64,000 nt of DNA from contig NC_091482.1 of NCBI RefSeq assembly GCF_036971445.1, positions 2,728,001 to 2,792,000 on the forward strand, in the 5' to 3' direction. How positions within the stretch are numbered: position 1 is the first letter of the stretch; each line of letters begins with the position of its first letter. The notes beneath the pieces are model-generated. The model did not search any database and was not told the origin of the DNA. It worked only from the letters and a program-made list of their open reading frames with translations. A program made the translations under genes and the position numbers. Of the stretch, positions 48,245-60,744 are shown piece by piece. The DNA comes from Narcine bancroftii. Its lineage: Eukaryota.

Positions 48245-49075
48245 GGGGAGGGGGGACATGGGGGACATGGAGGGAAAGGGGGCACGAGGGGGGGACATGG
48301 GGGACACGAGGGGGGGACGGGGGGATATGGGGGGAAAGGGGGTACATGGAGGGAAAGGGGGGGAGAGGGGGTGGGGACATGGGGAAAGGGGACAGGGGAG
48401 GGGACAGGGGAGGGTGAGGGGGAGGGGACTGGGGGTAAAGGGGCTGGGAGAGGGGAAAAGAGGAGGGCGGAGGGGACTGGGGGAAAGGGGATGGGAGGGG
48501 GAGGTGACGGGGGAAGGGGAGGGGACTGGGGGGAAAGAGGAGGGCGGAGGGGACTGGGAGGGAAAGAGGGGCGAGGGAAAGAGGGGCGAGGGAAAGAGGG
48601 GCGAGGGAAAGAGGGGCGAGGGAAAGAGGGGCGAGGGAAAGAGGGGCGAGGGAAAGAGGGGCGAGGGAAAGAGGGGCGAGGGAAAGAGGGGCGAGGGAAA
48701 GAGGGGCGAGGGAAAGAGGGGCGAGGGAAAGAGGGGCGAGGGAAAGAGGGGCGAGGGAAAGAGGGACGAGGGAAAGAGGGAACGAGGGAAAGAGGGGCGG
48801 GGGAGGGGAGGGGCGGGGGAGGGGAGGGGCGGGGGAGGGGAGGGGCGGGGGAGGGGAGGGGCGGGGGAGGGGAGGGGCGGGGGAGGGGAGGGGCGGGGGA
48901 GGGGAGGGGCGGGGGAGGGGAGGGGCGGGGGAGGGGAGGGGCGGGGGAGGGGCGGGGGAGGGGCGAGGGAGGGGGGAGGGAGGGGGGAGGGGCGAGGGAG
49001 GGGGGAGGGAGGGGGGAGGGAGGGGGGAGGGAGGGGCGAGGGAGGGGCGAGGGAGGGGACGGAGGGGCGAGGGTG
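48245..49075 (+). repeat. ~830-bp purine/G-rich tract with (GAGGGAAAGAGGGGC)~16 and (GGGGAGGGGAGGGGCG)~10
   Basis: Read directly from the sequence; it generates the low-complexity ORFs at 48054-49369. Confidence 0.95.
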
Positions 49076-49924
49076 CCCAGGGCTTGGCTCTCGTACCATC
49101 GGGAAGCCCACTGCCTTTGGCCGGTTCAGGGGTTCAGCCCGCCAGGGTATGGGGGGGGTATGGCCAGGTCCCACTGGAGCAGGGTAAACTGGTTCCCCCT
49201 CAGCATGCTTCGTGTGGCCGCGGTTGGCCCCTGCCCCTCGTCACTTCGGGCTACACAAGAGGCTGGATGGAGGTGCTGGAGGGACTCGGTGAGCTGGGAT
49301 GAAGGCCATTTTTCTCCCACTGATGGTGCTCAACCGGTATCAGATTTTCCTCACCAATCTCTTGATTAACACTTCATTTTCTGTCCGGGGGCTCTTCAGC
49401 TCGATGGCATTAACATCGACTTCTCTGGTTTCTGCTAACATACTATCTGTTCCCCTTCCCTCTCCATTCACAGAGCCATCCTCCCTCCTCCCTCCCTCCC
49501 TTGCTTGCTGCTTATCCACCTTTGGTCCCTTTGGGACCGTGCTTCTCCTCCTGGCCTTTTTATTTGAACACCTGCTGATACCTTGCTCGTACCTTGATGA
49601 AGGGCTCAAGCCCAAACGTTGGTGATGTATCTTTGCTGTATAAAATACACTGTTTGACTTGCTAGGTTTTCCACAGTGTCTACAAACTTTTGTGTAAGCC
49701 TCTTTTATTGATATACCTTTCTAAATATCTTTGGAATATTAGTTGTCCCCTGGTTTACCCCTTGTACGATGCACCCATTATCCTGTGTGTGGATAGGGTA
49801 CCATAACACATAGGAGCAGAAATATGCTCCAATTAATAAAAATAAACCTCTTTCTGACCACCTGGGTCCCCAGTCATCTGACCTTTCACACCAACCTACC
49901 ATGCAGGGCCTTGCTAAAGTCCAC

Positions 49925-50985
49925 ATAAGACCATACAAGCCCATCGAGTCTGTCCTGCTATTCAATTATGAGCTGATTCATTTTCCCACAGCCCCACTCC
50001 CCTGCTGTCTCCCCATAACTTTGATGCTCTGGCTAATCAAGAGTCTACCTTAAATAGACCCCTCAACATCCATAGATTTACCACCTTCTATCAAAGGAAG
50101 TTCCTATGCACCTTTGTTCTAGTTGGACACCCTTCAATCCTGAAGTTGTGCCCTCTTGTCCTAGACTCTTTCATCAGGGGAAACAACATTTCTATATCTA
50201 CTCTGTCCACGCCTTTCAACATTCAAAATGTTTTAATGATATCTCCTACTCATTCTCCTAAATTCCAATGAGTACAGGCCAAGAACAGTCAAATATTTCT
50301 TGTACGCCCTTCTCGTCACTTTTTAAATCTTTCTTCTCTCATCTTAAATCTGTGCACTGGAGTTTTTACATTCCCTGAGGAAAAGCTTATAACTATTAAC
50401 TTTATCTATGGCCCTCATGACTTTACAAACTTCTATAAGCTCTCCCCTTAGCGTGCTTTGCTCCTTGGAGAAAAGTCCCAGCCTCTCCATCCTCCTGAAC
50501 ACCCAAGCCCACCATTCCTGTCAACATTCACTGAATCTTTGCTGCACCTTCTTCAGATTAATGATATCATTCTTATAGTTGCATGACCAGAACTGTATAC
50601 AAAACTCTCAAGTGTGATCTCATTAACATCCTGTACAGTTGTAACATGGCGTCCTTGCTGCTTTACTTCATGTCCAGAGTGATGAAGGCGAATATTCCAA
50701 TATTTTCTTCACCACTCTGTCTACTTTTATCACCACTTTCATGGAACAATGTACCTGTTTGCCCATTTTCTTTGTTCTATCTTACTCCTCAGGCCTTGCC
50801 ATTCACTGTGGAAATCCAGTCCTGGTTTAACCTATTAAATTGCAATACCTTGCATTTGGCTAAGTTAAATGCCATCTGCCATTCTTGGGCCAATTGTCTC
50901 AGTTCATCTATCCTGCTATAATCTTCGATAACCTTCTTCACTCTCTGCTGCACCACCAATTTTGGTGTCATCCACAAACTTATTA
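49925..50985 (-). mobile_element. CR1 LINE fragments
   Basis: Minus strand reads ANKFVDDTKIGG and LAQEWQMAFNLAKCKVLQF; includes a CR1 3' tail. Confidence 0.75.
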
Positions 50986-51208
50986 GCCAAGGCTGCTCTC
51001 TCCTTGTGGTGCTCTCCTGGGATAGCACTGGGTAGAAGGACAGAGCTGTACTCTCCCTGGGGCTCTCTCCTAGGATGGCGCTGCACCCTCTCTGTGGATC
51101 TAATCTTGTTAATCAAGCATGATAATAACATGGAATATCAAATTCAATTTTACTTTGTGTTGCTGATAATGCACTACAGAACGATGGCAAAATCTTTATC
51201 TTCTAAAA

Positions 51209-51420
51209 CAGGGCTTCCCAACCTGGGGTACATGTACCCTCAGTTCAGGGGGGTACATTGGGTCTGAGAGAATAACCACTACTGTACAATACATGGTGTA
51301 ATCTGCAGTCAGATTGCACAATGTCATGTTTTTTTTTAAATCCTTAATTTTTAGGGTGACATGGGAACCTATAAAAATGCCTAAGGGGTACAGAGGAACA
51401 AAAAGGTTGGGAACCCCCTG
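51209..51420. mobile_element. hAT-type MITE with perfect 8-bp TSD
   Basis: TTCTAAAA | CAGGGCTTCCCAACC ... GGTTGGGAACCCCCTG | TTCTAAAA. Confidence 0.9.
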
Positions 51421-52759
51421 TTCTAAAATAAGGGAAAGGCGCAGGAATAGGATGCTGCTTCAATCTAGAATGCAAATTTATCTTGTGTTGGTGCAAATCA
51501 TTAAGAAGCTTAGTATGTATAAGAAAAGGCTTTACCTGTTGAGCCAATTCAGTCCTGGCACCACATGAAATATACTCCTATTATGGATTCTATTCTAACC
51601 ACTGAAATAATGGAGAAAAATGTTATTGTCTTTGAGGATGAATGCAGATATGAACAGTATCTTCAGTTTGAGCTTGCTCTGTTATTGAGTTAGACCACAG
51701 ACAATAGTTATTTCGACTCCATTTACCTATCTTAGTTTCATATTACTCAATGTTCTTGAACATTTCACTCTCATTATTAACATCACTCATTGTACCAGTG
51801 ATTAGCATATATGCCATTGTTTAGGATAACTCTGTATAGGACAAACCCAGATTTTCCACCTAAAATGTATGTTTTGGGCTATAGTCTTTGTATAAGATGC
51901 CCCCCCCCCACCCCAAACAAAAAATCTGGCACCAGAGGATGCTTTTAAAAGAAAATCACAAAATTTTAATCCCAAATTACCCTGTAAAGGTTTTAATTTT
52001 ATTAGCATATTTTAAAATAAACAATCATCGGCTCCTGTAACAGGCTGTTTAAAGCCTGCACAGAGGCGACAGCAGTCGGACTGGGCAGATGGACCCGTGG
52101 AGGACCGCTGAGATGTAATTGATAACAGGATATGCGCAAGATTGTGTCGGAGCCAGCAGGAAGATGGCAGTGGTGGTGAGACTGTTGTCAGTTCAGATTT
52201 TATACTTGGTGTATAAGATAACCCCTGATTTTGAGGTGACATTTTTAAAATTTGAGGATGGTCCAATATGCCGGCTTATGGGGACTTGTGCATTGGAGAA
52301 AGAATTCCTGATTTCCAATATTCTTTTGTGTTTTTTTTCTGAATTCCCTTTAAGTGATCTGACTTTGATTTTGAGAAAATTTTATTTTGAATTCCAATTT
52401 GTTTTTGCTTAATACTGCATTATTTACCTCGCTGGACAATTTTCCCATTATAAAGACTTGAGTCTAAATTTACACTGGAAATTGCCTCTGCAATTAGTTC
52501 AGCCTATAATTATACTTTCCTGCCAAGAGTGACGCTGTAGTTCATCAGGTTTACACTGCAAAAGAATCTGGTGTTAAATCTGCTGCATTTTGCTTTAGTT
52601 ACTGTTTTAAATTGTATCAGTGTTGACAAAATAAGGATAGAATGTGTGGATTTAAAATTGGATTCCAGTGCCTCAGTAGGGGAGGTCCTTAATGAATACT
52701 TCAGTGTTCACCGGGGAGAGGGACCATGTCAAGCTTAAGGAAGGGGAAGATTTGGAGCT

Positions 52760-53065
52760 TCCATGATGGTGGGTAGTATAAAGGAAGGGGATGAGCCAGC
52801 GAACAGGATGGAGATTGAAAACTTGGCTAAATGGTGCACCAACAGCAACTTTGCACTCAATGTCATCAAAACTAAGGAGCTGATTGTTGACTTCAGGAAA
52901 GGAAAGCCAGAGGTTTACAATCCAGTGATCACTGGGGGATCAGAGGTGGAGACGGTGAGCAAATTTAGGTTTTTCCTGGACCCAGCGCACCAATGGCATC
53001 TTGAAGAAAGCACGTCAACGCCTCTATTTCCTCACGAGTTTGCAGAGATTTGGTACGACATCTGA
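52760..53065 (+). mobile_element. Rex1/Babar-like RT fragment
   Basis: EIENLAKWCTNSNFALNVIKTKELIVDFRK. Confidence 0.8.
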
Positions 53066-53789
53066 AATGCTGCTTTCTAAAGAGTCTTAAATCTTTTTTT
53101 TAATTTAATCTGTCTTTTAATTTCACAAGAGGCATAGAAACCTCACCAAAGTTTCCTCAACTGGGGGTGTTCTGTCCGTTACTAGGACCCTGAACCAGTC
53201 TGTTGTTGCTCCCCCAGAGTCTGCAACACCTTGAGGCTGCTTCTGAACATGGGCGCTGCCATCTTGGGTCCAGACCCTGCGGTTCCCCCATATCCTTCTC
53301 ACTATCAACAACCACAGCTTTTATGTCATTTGTAAACTTGCTAATCATATTTCGTATGTGATATGGAGCTTCTAGAATGTTCTGGACCAGTAGTGATCCC
53401 TGTAGGCAGAGAGCACTCCATTGTTCCTGATGATGCCATATAGATGGAAAGGTTTGGCAGTGTCAGGTGGTGAGTTGCGGGTTGTAGGATAATCAGGCTC
53501 TGATTAACTCTATCCGCTTGTAAGTGGTCCTGGGAATTAATGGTCAAACGGCCTTTAAAATACCTAGTGTGAAAGGAAAATCTTCTCAATGCTGGCATCA
53601 GATGACATCATCTCATGCCAGACATTGACTGCCTTGACCCCTAGTACAATCCCCGGCATCTGAAGATGCCGATGTTGCAATCAGGCAAGTGTGAAACAGG
53701 CAATTGCATTGTGTGATTGAAATGACCTAAGATTTGCATGAGTGCAGGAACGTGAAGGAAGAAAAGATTAAAATGAAGGTATAGACTTT

Positions 53790-54201
53790 GCCGTGGGAAA
53801 GTCGCAGTGGGGGGAAGAGAGAGAGAGAGGAAATAAATAGCAATAGCGGACAATTTTTAAACTGCTTGGGGAAGTTGGTAACACTATTGCACACAATCTA
53901 TAAAGATCGTGGGAAAAAATGATGATGGACCTGACTTCCCAGAATGCTGTGTGGCAGAGAAACCCCTCCATGAGTGCCCTGTGCATACAACCGTGCACAC
54001 AGCTTTTTCTCTGCCACATGAAATTCTGGAAAGGCAGGTCCACCATCGCTTTTTCCCCCACAGTATTTATAAATTATATGCAATAGTGCTACCAGCTTTC
54101 CCACGGTGTATAAATTGTGTGCTACCACAGCACTACCAACTTTCCCAAGCTGTTTAAAAATTGTCCGCTCTTGCTATTTATGGCTAGTGCATTCCCACGG
54201 C
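53790..54201. repeat. ~410-bp imperfect palindrome (foldback element)
   Basis: ATAAATAGCAATAGCGGACAATTTTTAAACTGCTTGGGGAAGTTGGTA (from 53833) pairs with TACCAACTTTCCCAAGCTGTTTAAAAATTGTCCGCTCTTGCTATTTAT (to 54181). Inner blocks also pair. Confidence 0.85.
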
Positions 54202-56189
54202 CCCTTATAAAGGTTTAACATCAGCAAAACAATAAGGGCTGAAGGGCTCATAAAGCTTAATTATGTTATAATTATGTATGATTAATTTTGTTCAAATATA
54301 AGATCATAAAACATTGATCAGGATTTAGGGCAGGTTCACCATTGCTCGATGAGTCACAATGTCACTGGTAGAAGGTAGAACAGTCCTAACCCTGGGGATG
54401 GCTCCTTGCATTCAGTATCACAGTTAGGAGTGGTCAAGTGTGAAAGGCCAAACCCCCATTCCTATCCCAGGACTGATTGGCTGATTTAGTGGGACGCAAA
54501 TGTGAATGGGGCTTCTCAGCAATGGTATTCATACAGTTGGTGGTTGAACTTCTGGTCAGTGGTGATTCCCCAGGATGTTGATGATGGGGGCTTTGTGATG
54601 GTTTTCATCTGCACCCTTGTTTTGCACCTCTCAGCTCATCATTGAATGCATGTCAAGTTTATTATTATCTGATTATACAATTAGAACCCGAGGAAACAGT
54701 GTTCTCCGGTCCTCGGTATTACACATACATACAGACAAACAATACATATGTAGGACAAGTATTTCATTTTTACATACAAAAAGATAAATATTGTTTAATG
54801 AATACGAGAGTCTCAGATGGTTAGTGTGAGCATTCTTTGGTCGTTCAGCATTCTCACTGCCTGTGGCAAGAAGCTGTTCCTCAGCCTGGTGCAACAATAC
54901 TGGCTATGATACTCCTGTGTGGACATTTTGCTTTGCTTAGAAATTGCACATGGCATCACAGTGTTTAACCTTGGGGTGGAAGGAAGATCTTTGAAGCGGA
55001 TGATAGTAGTTAAGTCATGGAACTTCTGCAGTGATATCCTGGAGCTGAAATGATTGATCACCAACACCCCTAATAACTACTTCTGTTTGAGTGAGTATGG
55101 AATCAACCATTGGAGTAGGGAGCTTGTGATGCCCACTGTCTTCATTTTTATATAGGCTTCTCGATGCTACACTTAGTCAAAATCTTTATTTATGTTGAGA
55201 ATAGTCCCTCTCAGCTAATGATTGAAAGAAAATCAATCAGGTCACTCTCTTACCGACACGAGTGCTATGCAGACCTCGCTATGCTTTGTAGCTTCGACTC
55301 TCTTGAAAAACTCTACTGCTTTTGCATTATCAACATTTAAAGAGATTTCATACATTGATGGACTGAATGTTACTGAGGTGAAATGTTCAATTGCAGATGC
55401 AGGAATCTGGAGCGAAAAATAATCTGCTGGAGGAACTCGGCATCAATGGAAGGAAATGAATTGCCAATGTTTCAGGTCTTGATGAAGGGTCCCTACCTGA
55501 AATGTCAACAATTTTTTTTTATTTCACTGATACTGACGGACCTGCTGAATTCCTCCAGCACATTGTTTTGTTTATTATTGAGTTGAGCTTCAGTGGTGTG
55601 CAAAGTAATTTCAAGTTCTGTACATTATTCTCCATCTTACCCTAGAAAGGTATTAGTTTCCTGTTATATAGAAGATACTGCTGTGTCCCAGAATGTTGAT
55701 GCTTTCATGAAATTAAATTTATGGTTTTGAATGAGAGAGAATTGCACTCACTCTGATCTAAGAGTGAATGACTTTCTTCAAACCACTAATTTTTCAATGA
55801 AACCTCAGGCCCATTTGTGTTTTCATAAATGTATTGATTATTGACTTACTGTGCATATCCTGGTTAATATAGATGAATTCCTATTCATTATTTATGTAAC
55901 TTTTATTGAAATAAATATTGATTGTGGTAGATGTATTGAATAACCTTTCTTAATGCACACAGCACAATAGATTCTACATATTCTAGCTATTAGTACAGTA
56001 ATGGATACTCTATTTTGTGATATTAATGATTAGAATTGTGCAAGTCTCTTGATTATTGCATGAAAGCAGTTGGAGAAAGCTCTTATCAAACTAACTTTAT
56101 AAGTAAAATCCAGGGTTTTGGTACATCTTGGCACCAGCATATATCCAGCTTTCCCCCCCCCCCCCCTGTTAAAATAAGATACTCTGTAT

Positions 56190-58285
56190 CTATACCCCTC
56201 ATAATCATAAACCTCTGTCAAGTCTCCCCTCTTTCTTCTTTGTTCCAATGAGTAACTGTTTAACCTTTCCCAGTAACTCAACTCCTGAAGACCCAGCAAC
56301 ATCTTAGTAAATCTTCTCTGCACTCTCATTCTTATTGATATCTTCCCTGTTGCTGGGCGAACAGAACTGCACACAATATTCCAAGGGTGGACTCATCAAT
56401 GACTTGAATAACTTCAACATAACAGCCCAACTTTGATACTCAATACTTTGATTTATAAAGGCTAAGACACCCAAAAGGTTTTTTTACAACCCTGTTCACA
56501 TGCAACATCACCTTCAGGGAAAAAGTATATGTATTCTCAGATCTCTGTTCCTCCGCACTCCTCAATGGCCTACCATTTACTGTGTACATCCTACCCTGAT
56601 TTGCTCTTCCAAAGTGCAACACCTCACACTCATCTGCATTAAATTCCATCAGCCATTTACTGGCCCAATTTCCCAGCTGGTCCAGGTCCTTCTGCAAGCC
56701 CTGAAAATCCTCCTCACTGTCCACGACGCCTCCCATCTTTGTGTCATCAGCAAACTTGCTGATCCAGTTCACCTCGTTATCATCCAGGTCAATAGTTTTC
56801 AACCTCTTTCTTTCCACTCACAAACCATTTTAAGTAATCCCTCTGCCATTGGTGTTCTGTAATTACTAGGATTGCTTAAGGTGGGATGTGAGTGGAAAGG
56901 GTAGGTTGAGAATCACTGCTCGAGACCCAATTGTTACTGAAATATTTTGCTTGAGAAAAATTGTCAAGGCCCATTTCCTTTGGAGTTATGAAACCGTGCA
57001 CATAACGAGTCAATGAGGTACGATTAAAACAGTGGTTTTCAAACTTTTTCTTTCCACCCACATACCACCTTAAGCAATCCCTTACTAATCAGAGAGCACC
57101 TATAGCATAGGGAATACTTAAAATGGTGTGTGAGTGGAAAGAAAAAGGTTGAGAACCATTGATCTAGGTCATTTATATAGATAACAAATAATAATGGTCC
57201 AAAAAAAAAATCCCTTGATACAGACCAACAGTCTGAGAAGCAACTGTCCACAATGACTTTCTGTTTTCTTCCACCAAGCCATTTTCAAATTTAGTTTGCA
57301 ACCTCTCTATGTGTACCTAGTGTCGTAACCTTCTGAACCAATCTCTCGTGTGGAACCTTGTTAAAATCCATACGAACAACATCCATGGCCTTTCCCTCAT
57401 CAACTTTCTTGGTAACTTCCTCAAAAAACTCTCCAAGATTTGTTAAATATGATCTACCACGCATAAATTCATGCTGACTTTCCTTAATCAGGTGATGACA
57501 GTCAGGATATATAGATATTCTATCTCAGAAATCCTTCAAATAATTTACATACTACTGACGTCAGGCTCATTGGCCTATAATTGCTTTTGGAACCCTTCTT
57601 AAACAGGCAAGACAACATGTGCTATTCTCCAATCCTCCGTCACCTCCTCCGTGACTAAGGACGTTTTGAATGTATCCGCTGGGGCCCTGCAATTTCGGCA
57701 CTTGTCTCCCTCAAGGTGCGGGGGAATATCATATCCGGTCCAGGGGATTTGTCTACCTTTGTTTGTTGCAAGGCAGCAAGCACCTCCTTATCGTTAAACT
57801 CCATATTTTCCACGACACTTCTGTTTGTTTCCCTTCCTTCCTTATTCACTATGCCAATTTCCTGCGTAAATACTAATGCAAAAAAATTGTTCAAGATTGC
57901 TCCCATTTCACAAGGTTCTACACGTAGATGACAGCTCTGATTTTATAGGGGTCCAATTTTGACTCTTACTATCCTTTCACTTTTAATAGACTTGTAGAAA
58001 CCCTTGGAGTTTCCTTCACATTATCTGCCAAAACACTTTCATGTCTTCTTTTTGGCTTCCTAATTTACTTCTTAATTATTCTCTAACATTTTCTATACTC
58101 TGCAAATAGCTCATTTGCTCCTTGTTGCCTATATCACATATAGCCCCCTTCTTTACCAAGTCTCCAATATCCCTTGAAAACCAAAGTTCCCTATGTCTGC
58201 TAATTTTACCCTTATTCCTGGCAGGAACATGCAATCGCTGTGGTCTCAAAATTTCATCCTTGAAGGCCTTCCACCTACTGGATTC
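56190..58285 (-). mobile_element. Long CR1 LINE ORF2 fragment, interrupted by a hAT element
   Basis: Minus strand reads ILNNFFALVFTQE, KVDKSPGPDMIFPRTLRE, GPLLFVIYINDLD, ISKFADDTKMGG, WLMEFNADECEVLHFGR and RVQRRFTKML. Confidence 0.9.
56790..57161. mobile_element. Composite palindromic hAT-type non-autonomous element
   Basis: 8-bp TSD ATCCAGGT / ATCTAGGT. Two mutually inverted ~130-bp units (56790-56918 and 57030-57161), each with its own CA(A/G)T(A/G)GTT(T/C)TCAA TIRs, flank a 111-bp spacer. Confidence 0.85.
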
Positions 58286-59682
58286 ATCCTTGCCAGAAAA
58301 TAACATTCCATTTTGGCCCACAGGCCCGTGCTGCCCATTTATACCCAATTAACCTGCAACCCCCAGTACTTTTCAAACGGAAACCAGACCCCTTGGGGAA
58401 AACCCCCACAGACGTGGGGAGACCATACCAACTCCAGAGATTCAAACCCCTGACCTGATCGCTGGCACTGTAACACCATTGCACTAACCGCACCACCCCA
58501 ATGAGGTTGGTTGGTATGAGGTGAGTTATGGCAGCATGTAGCAATAATGAGACCCTCTAAGTAAGGTGGGAATGAACTTTTACCCTCCTCAACATACTCC
58601 TTCATATGCTAATACCAATATTGTACACTGATCTTCTGAGCATCACCTGTGTTAACTCTTGCACAAAATACTCCTTAATATACCCCAGCTAATATTATAC
58701 TTTGATATGCTGAGCTATGTAGCATTTCCAACATCTAATAAAAATCTTGCACAAGCATTCTTTTTGCAAGTTTGATGTGAATCAAATCAATACCATCTCA
58801 GGTAATCGACAAACCATCATATAACTCTTTCAGTAGAGTTCATATGGATTTTTGCATAGCAATTTTCAAAGATTGAGGTTAATATTCTCCCCAACATTAC
58901 TAATCTACCAATAACCTTGTCTCTCCCGGGGAGAAACAAATTGAGTATGCTTCTGATATAAAATTTCATTATTCATCATCCTAAATTGCATTTCAAATTG
59001 GTGTGGGCTTACAAAAAGGAAAAGCCTTTATGTTGGCTCTGAAAGTAGAGATTGAGACCAAATGGCTCATATGGAAAATAAAACAATATTGCCCTAATTC
59101 TTTTATGAAGTTCGAATTGAATTGTGTTGTTGGGGACATCTTAATTTGTGTGAAGATAACGTTCCCTCTGTCCCTACTCCAACTTTATTTATGATCACAT
59201 GCAAGGCAAGTTAGGTAAGAAGTTCAGGGAATATTTTTGTCTGAGTCTGTGGCTAAATGCTTTTTTAAAATTTTTATTTTTATTTTTCACACTCTGAACC
59301 ATACTAACCAAAATACACAAAAAAATTTTCCTCTTGAATATATAGTGTCATTTTCTCCCCTTTTCCCCTCTCCCCTCCCTCCTTCACCCCACCTCTCCAC
59401 CCACTCAACGTTCAACCTATATGATACATTAAACCCATTAAACAATGTCATCACACAATGAAAATAAACAAGAAATTTGTGTCTTCTACTTTTACACACT
59501 GGTCATTTCATCCATTTTTGAGGTGTACATGATTACAATTATGAAATATTTCATTGCCTGGGAAGTGCTTTTGGGACATCATGACGTTAAGAATGATGTT
59601 TGTTCTATATGTAGGTTTTTTTCTTGATTTGAGATTAAACTAACAGTTTGGGTTCTTTTAAATTTTGTAGTGAAGGGAAGCT

Positions 59683-59753
59683 ATGGCTACAGACTCTCCA
59701 CGTCGTTCCAGCCGCTGTTCTGGGGGAATAATGGTCCGACATCAGGCAGTCAC
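59683..59753 (+). CDS. BCAS3: BCAS3 first coding exon (exon 59671-59753)
   Basis: ttttgtAG acceptor; [23 protein letters not shown](T) versus human [28 protein letters not shown]; phase-2 donor AC|GTAAGG. PPM1D-BCAS3 adjacency matches human. Confidence 0.9.
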
Positions 59754-60744
59754 GTAAGGAATTTGTTTATGTGAATTGTTTCACCAAACACATTTGCTGC
59801 TTAAGAGAAGTGTTGGTTTTGCTTTAAAGTTTTAAGATTGCGGAACACTTCATTGAATGTTCTTGTTTTGATTAAGTGTTGTTCAAAAGCAAATGCAGAG
59901 AATGCTGGAAAACTCCCAACAGACAACAGTTAACATTTCAGATTGATGACCTTTCATCAAAATTAGGAAATTAGAATTCCAGCATGCAGAAAGGTGGTGT
60001 GAGTGTGTGTAAGTTATAGAAATAATGTTGGAATTTGTCATTACAGCATTGCACAGAAAATAATTAAGAGACAGGGCAGAGACAACATGGATTTATAAAA
60101 CTTAAATTGTGTTTCATAACGTTATAGTTCTTTGAGACTGCAGCCATATTTGGTCCAGAGCATTCTATGCTTTGGCAATTCCAGAACACATCCTGGTATT
60201 ACAGTACTTCCCTCCACCACTATCACAGGCTGTGTGCTGTAGAATGTAATGCCACTTTTTTTTTTCCAAATCCCCTTTAACTTCTCAAATCCATGCTCAT
60301 TAGATTCACATATCTCCATATGGGGGAAAATGTTTCTCACTCTCCACATTATCTTTTTCATCCTAATTTTGAATACCTCTATCAGGTCCCCCCTAGCCTC
60401 TTTGGCTCCAAGAGAAACAAACTCAGCCTATTCTTCCCCTCATTAAAGTGTAAAACTTTATCCCATGCAACATCCTGATAAATCTACTTTTCCTCCTCTC
60501 TAGTAGGTCATGATAGGAACTGTACACAATACTCCAGCTGTGGTCTGGTAAAGGTTTACCATGCTCTATGATCAGTATCCCAAATGGCATCTTTACCTTC
60601 TTATCTATCCTGTATCATGAGATATGACAAGTGCTTGTTAAATACATAAGCACGATGCAGCTACACAAACAATGAGAATAAATTGCCACACAAGAATGAA
60701 CAAAGATAATAAATGTGAAATAGATAGATAAATAATGACAAAAT

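Noticed and set aside
47383-49369. 300-381-aa ORFs (Gly/Arg/Glu- or Pro-rich)
   Set aside because: Produced by the CpG island and G-rich repeats that lack stop codons in several frames on both strands.
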